A stretch of 32,000 nucleotides of DNA from Flavobacteriaceae bacterium (GTDB taxonomy: Bacteria; Bacteroidota; Bacteroidia; Flavobacteriales; Flavobacteriaceae): positions 1,950,001-1,982,000 of the forward strand of contig OZ245049.1 of NCBI GenBank assembly GCA_965224465.1, given 5' to 3'. The position numbers were made by a program, and so were the translations under genes. This document shows positions 1-11,386 of this stretch, in pieces. The first letter of the stretch is position 1. Every line of letters starts with the position of its first letter. Below the pieces are notes generated by a model, which did not search any database, was not told the DNA's origin, and worked only from the letters and a program-made list of their open reading frames with translations.

Positions 1-1653
1 AACGGGCATTACTTTTGGAGTATCTGTACGTACTTCAAACTGTACTTCTTTATCTACTTCCTCCTGCTTCACTGTTTTTTTAACTGCTGTAAATTTATCC
101 TCTAGATCTGTATAATCATCTAAACTAAAATGAACAACTTCTTCCTCTTGTTTTACTGGGGCTATTGGCTCAGGCATTACTACCTCTATAGCGCGAATTT
201 CTGGAGTTGTTTCTACAATGGAAGGTTCTTTATTCGTTACAATAGGCAAATCAAACGTAAGTCTTGTTTGCTGTGCTATATCTTGAGTTGGCGCTATATT
301 TTCAACAACAGGAGCTGGCTCTGGAGACGTAACATTTGTGATTATAAAATCCTCTTCCTTCACAGGTTCAGCAATTACTTCATCATAAACCACTTCTATA
401 TTACGAATCACTTCCGAAGTTGGAATTATGGAAATTTCCTGCATTTCTTTCTCGTCAAACAACTGATGAACAATAGGAGTACTCTCTACTACAGCAACAT
501 CTTCAATCATCGATTCAGGCGATGCTACAGGGCTTGTCACAGGGCTTGTCACAGGAGTACTTATTGGAGTACTTATTGGATTTTCTTCCCCAAAATTATA
601 CGTTACTCCTTGCTCATCTTCTAACGTATGAATTATTTTTTTAGCTTCAACATTTGATATTTCATGCTGTTGATCTTTATTAAACCCAGTGGCAACAATT
701 GTAACGGCAATAGAATCACCCAGGGACTCATCTTCACCAACCCCCATAATAATGTTTACATTTGATTTAGCTTCATCTTGAATAAAATCATTGATTTCAC
801 CAATTTCGTCAATTGTAATTTCATCAGAACCACTCACGATCAAAAGCAACACATTTTTTGCTCCCGTAATTTTATTATCATTTAACAAAGGAGAATCTAG
901 CGCACTGGATATGGCTTGTTCTGCACGGTTTTCACCTGACGCAGTAGCAGATCCTAAGATTGCTGTTCCACTATTAGACAAAACCGTTTTAGCATCTCTA
1001 AGGTCAATATTTTGAGTATAGTGATGGGTAATTACTTCCGCAATTCCTCTAGCAGCAGTAGACAACACTTCATCTGCTTTGGAAAACCCAGCTTTAAATC
1101 CTAAATTACCATAAACTTCTCGTAATTTATTATTATTAATCACTACCAAGGAATCTACAAAACCTCTTAACGTATCAATTCCAGCAGCAGCTTGATCATT
1201 TCTTCGTTTCCCTTCGAAAGAAAAAGGCATGGTAACAATACCTATTGTTAATAGATCCATCTCTCTAGCAACTTTTGCAATTACTGGAGCCGCACCTGTA
1301 CCAGTACCCCCACCCATTCCAACAGTCAAGAAAACCATTTTGGTATGGGTACCAAGCATCATTTTAATATCTTCAATACTTTCTCTTGCAGCTTCTTCAC
1401 CAACTTCTGGGTTTGCACCTGCACCGAGTCCTTCTGTCAAGGTGACTCCTAGCTGAATTTTATTTGGTATTGAACTACTGTCCAATGCTTGCGCATCTGT
1501 ATTGCAGATTACAAAATCCACTCCTTTAATACCTAAAGAATACATGTGATTTACGGCATTACTACCTCCACCACCGATCCCGATGACCTTGATTACATTT
1601 GACTTATTCTTTGGTAAATCAAATGAGATGTTGTTAAAATTTGTACTTTCCAT
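1..1653 (-). CDS. ftsZ: Cell division GTPase FtsZ; 551 codons with no stop, so the 3' end lies beyond the window start
   Basis: Hand translation of the reverse complement from ATG at 1653 gives [57 protein letters not shown]... and the tubulin signature [18 protein letters not shown]. The frame stays open to position 1. It follows ftsA in dcw order. It is missing from the ORF track only because no stop codon falls inside the window. Confidence 0.95.
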   Translation of the reverse strand, partial: MESTNFNNISFDLPKNKSNVIKVIGIGGGGSNAVNHMYSLGIKGVDFVICNTDAQALDSSSIPNKIQLGVTLTEGLGAGANPEVGEEAARESIEDIKMMLGTHTKMVFLTVGMGGGTGTGAAPVIAKVAREMDLLTIGIVTMPFSFEGKRRNDQAAAGIDTLRGFVDSLVVINNNKLREVYGNLGFKAGFSKADEVLSTAARGIAEVITHHYTQNIDLRDAKTVLSNSGTAILGSATASGENRAEQAISSALDSPLLNDNKITGAKNVLLLIVSGSDEITIDEIGEINDFIQDEAKSNVNIIMGVGEDESLGDSIAVTIVATGFNKDQQHEISNVEAKKIIHTLEDEQGVTYNFGEENPISTPISTPVTSPVTSPVASPESMIEDVAVVESTPIVHQLFDEKEMQEISIIPTSEVIRNIEVVYDEVIAEPVKEEDFIITNVTSPEPAPVVENIAPTQDIAQQTRLTFDLPIVTNKEPSIVETTPEIRAIEVVMPEPIAPVKQEEEVVHFSLDDYTDLEDKFTAVKKTVKQEEVDKEVQFEVRTDTPKVMPV

Positions 1654-1662
1654 AATGCTAAT

Positions 1663-3009
1663 TTATTCTGCGTTGTCTAAAAAATCACGAAACTTATCAA
1701 ACCACTTATCAAAAAAGGGCCTTCTTGCTACGGTATTTTCTCTTATTATCTCTTCTACTTTTTCTTCTTTCTTTTCGTCTGCCAACTGCTCTTGTGCATG
1801 TACAGCTCTAATTTGTTGTGCTACTTTTTCTCTTTTCAGCTTTTCTTCTACATCTCTCAATCCATTCATCAATAAACCAACAGCAGTTGCATATTGAGGA
1901 CTCGATAAACTCTCGTCAGACCCACTAGCTAAATGTTCGTTTGGATACCCAATTCGTGTATCCATACCCGTAATATACTCCACCAATTGTTTGATGTGTT
2001 TTAATTGAGCACCTCCACCGGTTAAAACAATTCCTGCAATTAATTTTTTCTTCGGCTCATCATAGCCATATCCTTTGATCTCAGAAAACACTTGTTCTAT
2101 AATTTCTACTACACGAGCATGAATTATCTTCGACAGGTTTTTTAGTGTAATTTCTTTTGGGTCACGTCCTCTTAACCCCGGAATAGAAACAATCTCGTTG
2201 TCTTTATTCTCTCCAGGCCATGCGGATCCAAATTTTGTTTTTAATAATTCCGCTTGCTTTTCTATAATAGAGCACCCTTCTTTGATATCCTCTGTAATTA
2301 CATTCCCTCCAAAAGGTACAACTGCGGTATGTCTAATAATTCCATTTTTAAAAATAGCTAAATCTGTAGTACCACCTCCTATATCAATCAATACAACACC
2401 TGCCTCTTTCTCTTCTTCACTTAAAACCGCTTCTGCAGAGGCTAAGGGTTCCAAGGTAATACCAGCCAATCCTAAGCCAGCACTTTTAACACATCTTCCT
2501 ATATTTCGGATAGAAGAAACTTGCCCAACTACCAGATGAAAACTCGCTTCAAGCCTACCTCCGTACATTCCTATTGGTTCTGTAATTTCTGACTGACCAT
2601 CTACCTTAAAATCCTGAGGCAATACATGAATAATTTCCTCTCCTGGCAACATGGTTAGTTTATATACTTGCTTTTCCAACAGCAATAAATCATCCGCACA
2701 AATCACCTCATCTGGATTTGCTCTACTGATATAATCACTATGTTGTAGACTTCTTATATGTTGACCCGCAATACCTACAACAGCCTCGTTTATATGTAAT
2801 CCCGAAACTGCCATCGCTTCATCTACCGCTTGCTGAATAGACTGAATGGTTTGCGTAATATTATTTACAACTCCTCGGTGAACGCCCAAACTTTTGGCCT
2901 TACCCATACCGAGCATTTCAATTTTTCCGTGTTCATTTTTTCGTCCAATCATTGCTACAATCTTTGTTGTACCAATATCCAATCCTACTGAAATATCATT
3001 GTGTTCCAT
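1663..3009 (-). CDS. ftsA: Cell division protein FtsA (actin-like ATPase)
   Basis: 448-aa ORF with the phosphate-1 motif VGLDIGTTKIVAMIG and DIGGGTTDLAIF, plus a C-terminal amphipathic helix FFDKWFDKFRDFL. It sits between ftsQ and ftsZ. Confidence 0.95.
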   Translation of the reverse strand: MEHNDISVGLDIGTTKIVAMIGRKNEHGKIEMLGMGKAKSLGVHRGVVNNITQTIQSIQQAVDEAMAVSGLHINEAVVGIAGQHIRSLQHSDYISRANPDEVICADDLLLLEKQVYKLTMLPGEEIIHVLPQDFKVDGQSEITEPIGMYGGRLEASFHLVVGQVSSIRNIGRCVKSAGLGLAGITLEPLASAEAVLSEEEKEAGVVLIDIGGGTTDLAIFKNGIIRHTAVVPFGGNVITEDIKEGCSIIEKQAELLKTKFGSAWPGENKDNEIVSIPGLRGRDPKEITLKNLSKIIHARVVEIIEQVFSEIKGYGYDEPKKKLIAGIVLTGGGAQLKHIKQLVEYITGMDTRIGYPNEHLASGSDESLSSPQYATAVGLLMNGLRDVEEKLKREKVAQQIRAVHAQEQLADEKKEEKVEEIIRENTVARRPFFDKWFDKFRDFLDNAE

Positions 3010-3012
3010 AAC

Positions 3013-3735
3013 TTACTTTTTTGTACACACAACTTGATTGTTGTATTTTAAATTTATTACTGAATACTTTTCTATACTTTTATCTGCCATTGCCTTTTTA
3101 AAAAACACATTCAGCTTGCTTATTTTCTCTTTCAATCTTACAATTTTACCAAATGCAATACGCTGTTTCCCAACACGTAATTGCAATTCGTATTCTTTAT
3201 TATTTTTCTTCTTAATACCTACAATTTGTTGCTTCAAAAAGGGGTCGCTTTTCAATGCCATAACCAATGCATAAACATCTTTAAAATCAGCAGCGTCAAT
3301 TCTCCCAGTTACCAAGGGTACACGTGCCGAATAATTAGACGATAAGGGCATTTTTTGTCCCAATCTATCCATATAAAAACTGCCTTTATAACTTAACACT
3401 CTTGCAATCGGCTTACGTTGCCTCACTTTTGTTACAAAATCATTGTCTACGGTTAAGTAACTTACTGCACCTTCGACCATTGGATGACGCAAAACTTTTT
3501 TTTCCAAATCCTGTAAATTTACTATAGATTTTGCTCGTTTCTCTAATGATTTACCATTTTGTTTTAACAATTTATTAACCATCGCATAATTCATGAATAA
3601 GTTTTCTCCATCTTCAAATACAACAATCACTTTAGCAATTGGTCTCTCTTTATTTTTGTGATTTGAAAAACCAATCAACAATAACAAAAATGATACCAGC
3701 AACCCTCCTTTTATATATGTCGAATTTATTTTCAC
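3013..3735 (-). CDS. ftsQ: Cell division protein FtsQ/DivIB-like
   Basis: 240-aa ORF with a single N-terminal TM segment (GGLLVSFLLLLIGF). It lies between murC and ftsA and overlaps the murC stop by 4 nt. Confidence 0.8.
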   Translation of the reverse strand: MKINSTYIKGGLLVSFLLLLIGFSNHKNKERPIAKVIVVFEDGENLFMNYAMVNKLLKQNGKSLEKRAKSIVNLQDLEKKVLRHPMVEGAVSYLTVDNDFVTKVRQRKPIARVLSYKGSFYMDRLGQKMPLSSNYSARVPLVTGRIDAADFKDVYALVMALKSDPFLKQQIVGIKKKNNKEYELQLRVGKQRIAFGKIVRLKEKISKLNVFFKKAMADKSIEKYSVINLKYNNQVVCTKK

Positions 3736-5072
3736 AGTACAAATTCTTTGGTTACCTTTTTTATTTCAATACTTATATCTCCTGCCCCCATCATTACAAC
3801 AACCGCTGCATTTTCTTTTTTGATAGCATCCATTAAATCTACTTTTGACACTAACTGTTTATCTTTTAAAATAATTTTACTTAACAACCATTCAGAAGTA
3901 ATTCCTTTAATTGGCAACTCTCTTGCTGGGTAAATATCCAACAAAATCAGACTATCAAACCTAGCCAATGCCAAAGAAAAATCATTCGAAAAATCTTTTG
4001 TCCTACTAAATAAATGAGGTTGAAAAACCGCCAATATTTTCTTGCCTGGATACATTTCATTTACTGCATCTGCCACTACATTTATCTCTGTAGGATGATG
4101 CGCATAATCATCTATCAACACAAAGTTTTCTCTATTAATTCGGTATGAAAACCTACGTTCTATTCCTTTAAAACTCAAAAAGGACTTCACAATATCTTTG
4201 GGTTTTAATCCATATTGATGTGCCATTGCAAAAGCAGCCAAGCTATTCAGTACATTATGCCTACCAGGCAACTGTATCTGTACATTTCTAATTATTTCAT
4301 CCCTTATTTCTATATCAAACTGATAATTCCCTTTGACAATCTTTACATTTCTAGCACAGTAATCTGAATCGTCTTCTATTCCATAAGTCAAGCCTTTGAT
4401 AGGCAATCCATTTTTTACAATAAGAGTTTCCGAAACCAACTTTGAAAATTCCTTAAACGCATCTATCAATACCTCGCCAGACCCATAAATATCTAAATGA
4501 TCTGCATCCATAGAAGTAATACAAGCTATATTAGGCGATAAATGCAAAAATGAACGGTCAAATTCATCTGCCTCTACAACTGTTACTTTGGTACCACCCA
4601 AAATTAAATTGGAATGATAATTTTCCGAAACACCCCCTAAAAAAGAAGTCGCATGTACGTTATTTTCTTCCAATATATGCCCCAACATTGTTGAAGTAGT
4701 CGTTTTCCCATGCGTTCCCGCAACCGCCAAACAGTTTGATTTACTTGTTATCAAACCTAACAATTCAGCCCTTTTTAATATTTGAAAGCCTTGCATTTTA
4801 AAATACTGCAACTCGGTATGAGATGCTGAAACTGCAGGAGTATAAATAACCAACGTATGTTCTATATCTTTAAAACGAGCGGCAATCAGGTCAACATCAT
4901 CCACATAATGAATGGAAATCCCAACTTCCTGTAACTTTTTCGTCAATTCAGTTTCCACACGATCATAGCCAGCCACGGCAACATCATTTGCATTAAAATA
5001 ACGTGCCAAAGCACTCATTCCAATACCTCCAATGCCTACAAAATAAACACTATGTATTTGATCTAAACTCAT
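3732..5072 (-). CDS. murC: UDP-N-acetylmuramate--L-alanine ligase
   Basis: 446-aa ORF with [12 protein letters not shown] and the Mur ligase P-loop [11 protein letters not shown]. It is in dcw order. Confidence 0.95.
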   Translation of the reverse strand: MSLDQIHSVYFVGIGGIGMSALARYFNANDVAVAGYDRVETELTKKLQEVGISIHYVDDVDLIAARFKDIEHTLVIYTPAVSASHTELQYFKMQGFQILKRAELLGLITSKSNCLAVAGTHGKTTTSTMLGHILEENNVHATSFLGGVSENYHSNLILGGTKVTVVEADEFDRSFLHLSPNIACITSMDADHLDIYGSGEVLIDAFKEFSKLVSETLIVKNGLPIKGLTYGIEDDSDYCARNVKIVKGNYQFDIEIRDEIIRNVQIQLPGRHNVLNSLAAFAMAHQYGLKPKDIVKSFLSFKGIERRFSYRINRENFVLIDDYAHHPTEINVVADAVNEMYPGKKILAVFQPHLFSRTKDFSNDFSLALARFDSLILLDIYPARELPIKGITSEWLLSKIILKDKQLVSKVDLMDAIKKENAAVVVMMGAGDISIEIKKVTKEFVL

Positions 5073-6169
5073 AAACTAACTCTTATTAATTTTTCTATTT
5101 CATCCGCTATTTCTTGCGTTGCATTTGGCAATGCCATTTTCTTGATGTTTTCTGACAGTTCCACCTGTAACTTTTGATCAGACAACAAACCTCCAAACAC
5201 AATTTGAAACTGATCTTTATCTCTTTCTGCTAACAATAACGCGGCTTTATTTTTTACCACTGCCATTGCATTTTTTGTTTGATGATCTTCTGCCACATTT
5301 GGCGAAGGAATAAACAAAACAGGTTTCCCTACAATACACAACTCAGAAATAGATCCTGCACCTGCTCTACTAATAATAATATCCGCAGCCGCAAAGGTCA
5401 AATCCATTCTATTTAAAAAAGCATGTACTTGCACATCCGTATTCTGATTGTATTTTTTATAGTGTTCTATATACAACGATCCCGCTTGCCAAATCAATTG
5501 AACGTTGCTTTTCTTAAAAAAACCAAGCTGATTCTCTATCAATTTATTCACTTCTCTAGCCCCTAAACTTCCTCCTAGTACCAACACCGTTTTCTTAGAA
5601 GGATCAAGCTTAAAAAAAGCCAATGCTTCTTCTCTTTTTGAGGATATCTCTAATAAATCCTGACGCACTGGATTTCCCGTTTTAACAATTTTATCTTTAG
5701 GAAAAAAAGCATCCAAACCATCATAACCCACACATATCTTTCGGGTAATTTTACTCAATAATTTATTCGTAATTCCAGGATATGAATTTTGTTCTTGAAC
5801 CAATGTACTTATCCCCATTTTGGCGGCAACAAAAAGTGTTGGTCCACTTGCAAATCCACCTGTACCGATCACCACTTGAGGCTTAAAACGTTTTACAATC
5901 CAAAAAGCGTTCCATATACTACTCAATAATTTAAACGGAAACAACAAATTCTTCAATGTCAATTTTCGTTCCACCCCGGTAATCCACAATCCTTTAATAG
6001 GATAGCCTTCTTGAGGCACCTTTTCCATTTCCATCCTTCCTTTTGCTCCAACAAACAAAATATCAGGATTTTGAAAACGTTTTTTCAATTCGTTCGCAAT
6101 AGCAACTGCAGGATATATATGTCCTCCTGTTCCACCTCCACTTACTATTATTTTAACCGATGGTCTCAT
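5069..6169 (-). CDS. murG: Undecaprenyldiphospho-muramoylpentapeptide beta-N-acetylglucosaminyltransferase
   Basis: 366-aa ORF with the N-terminal motif [12 protein letters not shown]. It overlaps the murC start by 4 nt. Confidence 0.95.
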   Translation of the reverse strand: MRPSVKIIVSGGGTGGHIYPAVAIANELKKRFQNPDILFVGAKGRMEMEKVPQEGYPIKGLWITGVERKLTLKNLLFPFKLLSSIWNAFWIVKRFKPQVVIGTGGFASGPTLFVAAKMGISTLVQEQNSYPGITNKLLSKITRKICVGYDGLDAFFPKDKIVKTGNPVRQDLLEISSKREEALAFFKLDPSKKTVLVLGGSLGAREVNKLIENQLGFFKKSNVQLIWQAGSLYIEHYKKYNQNTDVQVHAFLNRMDLTFAAADIIISRAGAGSISELCIVGKPVLFIPSPNVAEDHQTKNAMAVVKNKAALLLAERDKDQFQIVFGGLLSDQKLQVELSENIKKMALPNATQEIADEIEKLIRVSL

Positions 6170-7361
6170 ACAATACTTCTAAAGGGTTGTCTAATAGTGG
6201 ACCTGTACTTTTTTCGTCCACATTCAATAATTCATGTTTTGATGACGACACACTTAAAATAATCCCAAAGGAAAAACATGTCATCCAAATAGATGTCCCA
6301 CCACTACTTATAAAAGGCAGTGTTTGCCCCGTAACAGGGAATAGATTTGTGGCTACCGCCATATTTATCATGGCTTGAAAAATAATGGGCAATCCAACTC
6401 CAATAACCAATAAGGTTCCAAAAATTGTTTGAGCACCTTTCGCAATCACCAATATCCGCACCAGTAATATTAGGTATAATACTATTGTTACAAGCCCACC
6501 TATCAATCCAAATTCTTCTACAATAATCGCAAATATAAAATCGGAAGAAGACTGAGGTAAAAAGTTTTTCTGAATACTTTTTCCTGGACCACGACCATAC
6601 AAGCCTCCCGTAGCAATAGCAATCTTAGCTTTTGTTACTTGATAGCCCTCTTCTTTATCATTAGAAAAATCACTTATCCTACTAATCATAGTATCCACTC
6701 TATTTGGCATCGCATCTGGAAAAGCCTTTGCTACCAATACAAAAAAGGCCAATGACAGGAGTCCAATTCCTATAACACCAAGCAATTGTCTCCAAGGATA
6801 CCCACCCAAAAACACCAATAGTAAAATCAACATAAAGACAATGGCAGTAGTTGAAAAATTTGCAGGTAAAATAAGCGCTAAGACAAAAGCCACTGGAAGC
6901 CATAATAAAAACACAGACTCTTTAAAAAGAATCACTTTTTCTTTGTTTTTAGCTAAATATCGCGCTACATAAATCATAAGAACCACACTGGCTAGTGTAG
7001 AAGTTTGAAAACTCATCCCCACTACAGGAATCCGAATCCACCTACTCGCATTTGCCCCTGCAATAATGGTCCCTTGCGCCAAGGTATACATCAATAATAG
7101 CACTACAAAAGGCAACATAATAGCAGAACCTCCACTAAAATATCGATATGGAATTTTATGAACTCCATACATAATTACAAAGCCCAGTATTAATAACATT
7201 GCATGCTTAAACAATGCTGCATAAGGGGAACTCGCCGACCCAGCAACATACACCAAATTGGTACTAGCACTAAATACAGGCGCAAAGGAAATAACGGCTA
7301 TTAAAAAAATAGTCATCCACAACCCTCGATCTCCTTTAAAATTATCTAAAAATTTTGTCAT
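6153..7361 (-). CDS. ftsW: SEDS-family peptidoglycan glycosyltransferase FtsW
   Basis: 402-aa polytopic membrane ORF carrying the FtsW/RodA/SpoVE signature [21 protein letters not shown]. It lies between murD and murG. Confidence 0.9.
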   Translation of the reverse strand: MTKFLDNFKGDRGLWMTIFLIAVISFAPVFSASTNLVYVAGSASSPYAALFKHAMLLILGFVIMYGVHKIPYRYFSGGSAIMLPFVVLLLMYTLAQGTIIAGANASRWIRIPVVGMSFQTSTLASVVLMIYVARYLAKNKEKVILFKESVFLLWLPVAFVLALILPANFSTTAIVFMLILLLVFLGGYPWRQLLGVIGIGLLSLAFFVLVAKAFPDAMPNRVDTMISRISDFSNDKEEGYQVTKAKIAIATGGLYGRGPGKSIQKNFLPQSSSDFIFAIIVEEFGLIGGLVTIVLYLILLVRILVIAKGAQTIFGTLLVIGVGLPIIFQAMINMAVATNLFPVTGQTLPFISSGGTSIWMTCFSFGIILSVSSSKHELLNVDEKSTGPLLDNPLEVLYETIG

Positions 7362-8696
7362 TTATAAATTTCGTACTGCTATTTTAAATTTATCTCCACG
7401 ATCTTCGTAGTTCTCAAACAAATCAAAACTTGCACAACAAGGCGACAACAAAACAGTATCTCCCTCTTCTGCAATTTTTGCTGCAACTTTTACAGCTTCC
7501 TCCGCTCCCAATGTTTCCACAATTAAGTCTACAACACTCCCAAACGTTTCTTTTATTTTTAAGTTATCAACTCCCAAACAGACAATAGCTTTCACTTTTT
7601 CACGAACTAAAGGCATAAGATCAAAATAATCGTTCCCTTTATCTACACCTCCAACAATCCATACTGTAGGCGCCCTCATGCAGTCCAATGCATAATAAGT
7701 TGCATTTACATTTGTCGCTTTGGAATCGTTCATATAGGAAACACCTCTCACTTTCATAACTGGCTCTAATCTATGCGGTACGCCTTCAAAATCCTCCAAG
7801 CTCTCACGAATAGATTGCTTTCGAACTTTCAATAATTTAGCTGTCATCGCAGCCGCCATCGCATTTTTTGTGTTGTGTTTCCCTTGCAATGCTAATGTTT
7901 TTATATTCATTATCTTTTCTTCGCCGTTAAGCTTTATAATTAGTTCTTGACCTTTTAAATACACCCCTTGTTCTAGTTCTTTTTCCAAAGAAAAAGGAAG
8001 TAATATGGGTCTTATTTTATTTTTTGACAACCATGCGTTGATGACCGAATCATCAGCGTCATAGATGAGATAATCTTTTTCTGTTTGATTTTTAGTAATC
8101 CGAAACTTTGCTGCTACATATTTTTCAAAATCATATCCATACCTGTCCAAATGATCGGGAGAAATATTTGTAATAACAGCAATATGAGGGGAGAAATCTA
8201 CAATCCCATCCAGCTGAAAACTACTCAGTTCTAATACATAATTTTCTATTTCCGATTCCGCCACTTGCTGTGCAAAACTTTCACCGATATTTCCTGCTAC
8301 AGCAACATCCACTCCAGCATTCGACAAAATGTGATGTGTCAACAGAGTGGTCGTGGTTTTCCCATTAGACCCTGTAATCCCAACAATGGTAGCAGCACAA
8401 TATTTTGACGCGAATTCAATTTCTGAAATCACTGGAATATTTTTCCTCAACAATGCGACAACAATTGCTACTGAATCTGGTATCCCAGGACTTTTCATAA
8501 CAACATCCGCAGCTAAAACAATCGCTTCCGTATGCTTACGCTCTTCAAATGCGATTTTATTTTTTACTAAAACCGACTTGTATTTTTCCTTTATTGTACC
8601 GTAATCCGAAACAAACACCTCATAGTTCATTTTCTTTGCAAGTATAGCTGTCCCTACACCACTTTCACCACCGCCAAGAATTACAATCTTTTGCAT
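7362..8696 (-). CDS. murD: UDP-N-acetylmuramoylalanine--D-glutamate ligase
   Basis: 444-aa ORF with ILGGGESGVG and the P-loop GITGSNGKTTTT. It is in dcw order. Confidence 0.95.
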   Translation of the reverse strand: MQKIVILGGGESGVGTAILAKKMNYEVFVSDYGTIKEKYKSVLVKNKIAFEERKHTEAIVLAADVVMKSPGIPDSVAIVVALLRKNIPVISEIEFASKYCAATIVGITGSNGKTTTTLLTHHILSNAGVDVAVAGNIGESFAQQVAESEIENYVLELSSFQLDGIVDFSPHIAVITNISPDHLDRYGYDFEKYVAAKFRITKNQTEKDYLIYDADDSVINAWLSKNKIRPILLPFSLEKELEQGVYLKGQELIIKLNGEEKIMNIKTLALQGKHNTKNAMAAAMTAKLLKVRKQSIRESLEDFEGVPHRLEPVMKVRGVSYMNDSKATNVNATYYALDCMRAPTVWIVGGVDKGNDYFDLMPLVREKVKAIVCLGVDNLKIKETFGSVVDLIVETLGAEEAVKVAAKIAEEGDTVLLSPCCASFDLFENYEDRGDKFKIAVRNL

Positions 8697-8697
8697 G

Positions 8698-9921
8698 TTA
8701 TCTCAATTTCAAGGTTACAATACTCAATACTGCCAACAAAATTCCAATAATCCAAAATCGCGTTACTATTTTACTTTCGTGATACCCAGATTTTTGAAAA
8801 TGATGATGTAATGGCGCCATTTTAAAAATACGCCTTCCTGTTCCGTATTTCTTTTTGGTATACTTAAAGTAACTCACTTGCATCATAACAGAAACAACCT
8901 CTATAAAAAAGATTCCTGCTAATAACGGAATCAGCATTTCTTTTCTTACTGCAATTGCTAAAACCGCTATAATCCCACCAATGGTTAAACTTCCTGTATC
9001 ACCCATAAAAATTTGAGCAGGAAATGTATTGTACCACAAAAAGCCAATTAAAGCCCCCATAAAGGCAGCAATAAAAATGGTCATTTCTCCCGAGTTAGGG
9101 ATGTACATCACATCCAAGTAATTGGCCAATAGAATATTTCCTGACACAAATGTAAAAACACCCAATGCCAACACTATTATTGCCGAAGAACCCGCCGCCA
9201 AACCATCTATTCCATCCGATAAATTCGCTCCATTAGACACTGCTGTAATTATAAAAATCACAATAGGAATAAACAATATCCAAGCATACGACTGGCAATT
9301 ATCTCCTAAAAAAGACAATACTGACGAATAATCAAATTCATTATTCTTTATAAAAGGAATGGTTGTTTTTGTTGACCGATGAGCTTCTCCAAAAAACTGC
9401 TTCTGCCCTGTTTCAACGTTTACAATAGGAGTTTCAAGCTTATCTTTCATCGTTACATCTGGATGAAAAAACAACATAGAACCCACAATCAATCCAAGTC
9501 CAACTTGACCTAATATCTTAAACCGTCCCTTTAAACCTCCCTTATCCTTCTTAAATACTTTTATATAATCATCAATAAACCCTATCAATCCCATCCACAG
9601 CGTGGTAATGATTAACATAATGATATAAATATTCTCTAGTTTAGCAAACAACAGTACGGGGATCAACGTAGAGAAAATAATAATTAAGCCACCCATAGTA
9701 GGTGTACCAGATTTCTCAACCTGCCCTTCCAATCCAAGATCTCTCACAGATTCTCCAACCTGCATTTGCTGTAAGTAATCTATCACACGACGTCCGTAAA
9801 TAGTAGAAATAAGCAACGAGATTACAAAAGCCATTGCCGATCTAAAAGTAATATACTGAAAAACACCTGCCCCTGACAAGTTGTAATGCGTATCTAAATA
9901 ATTAAATAAATAATATAACAT
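8698..9921 (-). CDS. mraY: Phospho-N-acetylmuramoyl-pentapeptide transferase
   Basis: 407-aa polytopic ORF with the motifs [27 protein letters not shown] and APLHHHF. Confidence 0.95.
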   Translation of the reverse strand: MLYYLFNYLDTHYNLSGAGVFQYITFRSAMAFVISLLISTIYGRRVIDYLQQMQVGESVRDLGLEGQVEKSGTPTMGGLIIIFSTLIPVLLFAKLENIYIIMLIITTLWMGLIGFIDDYIKVFKKDKGGLKGRFKILGQVGLGLIVGSMLFFHPDVTMKDKLETPIVNVETGQKQFFGEAHRSTKTTIPFIKNNEFDYSSVLSFLGDNCQSYAWILFIPIVIFIITAVSNGANLSDGIDGLAAGSSAIIVLALGVFTFVSGNILLANYLDVMYIPNSGEMTIFIAAFMGALIGFLWYNTFPAQIFMGDTGSLTIGGIIAVLAIAVRKEMLIPLLAGIFFIEVVSVMMQVSYFKYTKKKYGTGRRIFKMAPLHHHFQKSGYHESKIVTRFWIIGILLAVLSIVTLKLR

Positions 9922-9922
9922 C

Positions 9923-11386
9923 TTATTTTCCTAGTTGATTTAAAAGTTCTGTAACCGTTTCGAAGTCATCAAAATGATTCTTGACTCCGTTTATATCTTG
10001 ATAATTTTCATGCCCTTTCCCTGCAATTAATATAATATCACCAGAAACTGCCATTTTACATGCTGCTTTTATGGCTTGCTTCCTGTCTGCTATCACAAGT
10101 GTTTTAATAGCATCTTGTGCTTCCACTCCAGCTTCTATTTCAGAAATAATCACAGAAGGATCCTCTGTACGCGGGTTGTCTGAAGTAAAAATTACTTGAT
10201 CACTCAACTGCGCGGCAATTGCTCCCATTTTTGGACGCTTGCTTCTATCTCTATCTCCTCCACAGCCTACAACAGTCAACACTTTTTCGTTTCTTGTTCT
10301 AATAGCTGATATTGTTTGAAGTACATTTTTTAAAGCATCTGGAGTATGCGCATAATCCACAATCACCGTAATTCCTGAAGGAGAAACTACATGTTGAAAT
10401 CGTCCTGAAACGCTTTTTAAATTACTGATCAACTTCAATCCCTCTAACTCCTCCATACCCAACAATTGAGTCACTCCAAAAATTGCCATTAAATTATACC
10501 CGTTGAAGTGTCCAATTAACTGTGTCCACAATTCATGTTTGTTCGCAATCAATAACATTCCAGCAAACGAACTCTCTAAAATTTTGCCTTTAAAATCAGC
10601 CAATGTCTTTAAGGCATAGGTGTGTTTTTTTGACTTCGTGTTTTGCAACATAAACAGTCCATTTTTATCATCGGCATTTACCAATGAAAAAGCAGATTTA
10701 GGCAATTGATCAAAAAACATTTTTTTGGTATCCCTATATTCTTTAAATGTGTTGTGATAATCTAAATGATCGTGCGTTAAATTCGTAAACACCCCTCCTT
10801 CAAAAGACAAGCCTACAGTTCTTTTCTGATGAATCCCATGAGAACTCACTTCCATAAAACAGTACTCACAACCATTCTTCACCATCAAATCAAGATATTT
10901 ATTGATTGTCAAAGAATCTGGCGTTGTATGAGAAGTACTATAAGAAACCTCATCAACCATAATTTTAATTGTAGATAACAAGCCTACTTTATACGCTGCA
11001 TTTTTATATAAATGATACAACAATGTAGCAATGGTAGTTTTACCATTTGTCCCTGTAATACCTACCAGTTTTAATTTTCGAGAGGGATTCTCGTAATAAT
11101 TAGCTGCCATTACTGCAAGAGACTCCGAAGAATCACCTACCTGAATATACACTACACTTTCTAATAATATTTCAGGTAAGACCTCACAAACAACAACTAC
11201 AGCACCGTTTTTAACAGCATCGTTTATATAAATATGACCATCCACAACAGATCCTCTCTGCGCCACAAAAACATCGTTTTTCTGTACAGATTTTGAAGAA
11301 AACAAAATTTCTCGAATCTCCACCGCTACATCTCCAATAATTTGGACAATAGCTACGTCTTTCAATATGTCTTTTAACACTTTCAT
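9923..11386 (-). CDS. murE: UDP-N-acetylmuramoyl-L-alanyl-D-glutamate--2,6-diaminopimelate ligase
   Basis: 487-aa ORF with the P-loop [10 protein letters not shown]. The DNPR motif ([10 protein letters not shown]) is typical of meso-DAP-adding MurE. There is a TAATG stop/start overlap with ftsI. Confidence 0.93.
   Translation of the reverse strand: MKVLKDILKDVAIVQIIGDVAVEIREILFSSKSVQKNDVFVAQRGSVVDGHIYINDAVKNGAVVVVCEVLPEILLESVVYIQVGDSSESLAVMAANYYENPSRKLKLVGITGTNGKTTIATLLYHLYKNAAYKVGLLSTIKIMVDEVSYSTSHTTPDSLTINKYLDLMVKNGCEYCFMEVSSHGIHQKRTVGLSFEGGVFTNLTHDHLDYHNTFKEYRDTKKMFFDQLPKSAFSLVNADDKNGLFMLQNTKSKKHTYALKTLADFKGKILESSFAGMLLIANKHELWTQLIGHFNGYNLMAIFGVTQLLGMEELEGLKLISNLKSVSGRFQHVVSPSGITVIVDYAHTPDALKNVLQTISAIRTRNEKVLTVVGCGGDRDRSKRPKMGAIAAQLSDQVIFTSDNPRTEDPSVIISEIEAGVEAQDAIKTLVIADRKQAIKAACKMAVSGDIILIAGKGHENYQDINGVKNHFDDFETVTELLNQLGK

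Noticed and set aside
130-624. 164-aa plus-strand ORF, plus 791-1015, 1229-1456 and 1583-1897
   Set aside because: All are antisense to the hand-verified ftsZ/ftsA frames. They have Tyr/Phe/Asn/Arg-rich nonsense composition, typical of the shadow frames of AT-rich genes.
9921-9923. Missing murF (and ddl) in the dcw cluster as a possible deletion or misassembly
   Set aside because: The murE stop and mraY start are separated by a single nt with intact frames. As far as I know, murF is commonly located elsewhere in Bacteroidota genomes, so this is lineage-typical organisation rather than an anomaly.
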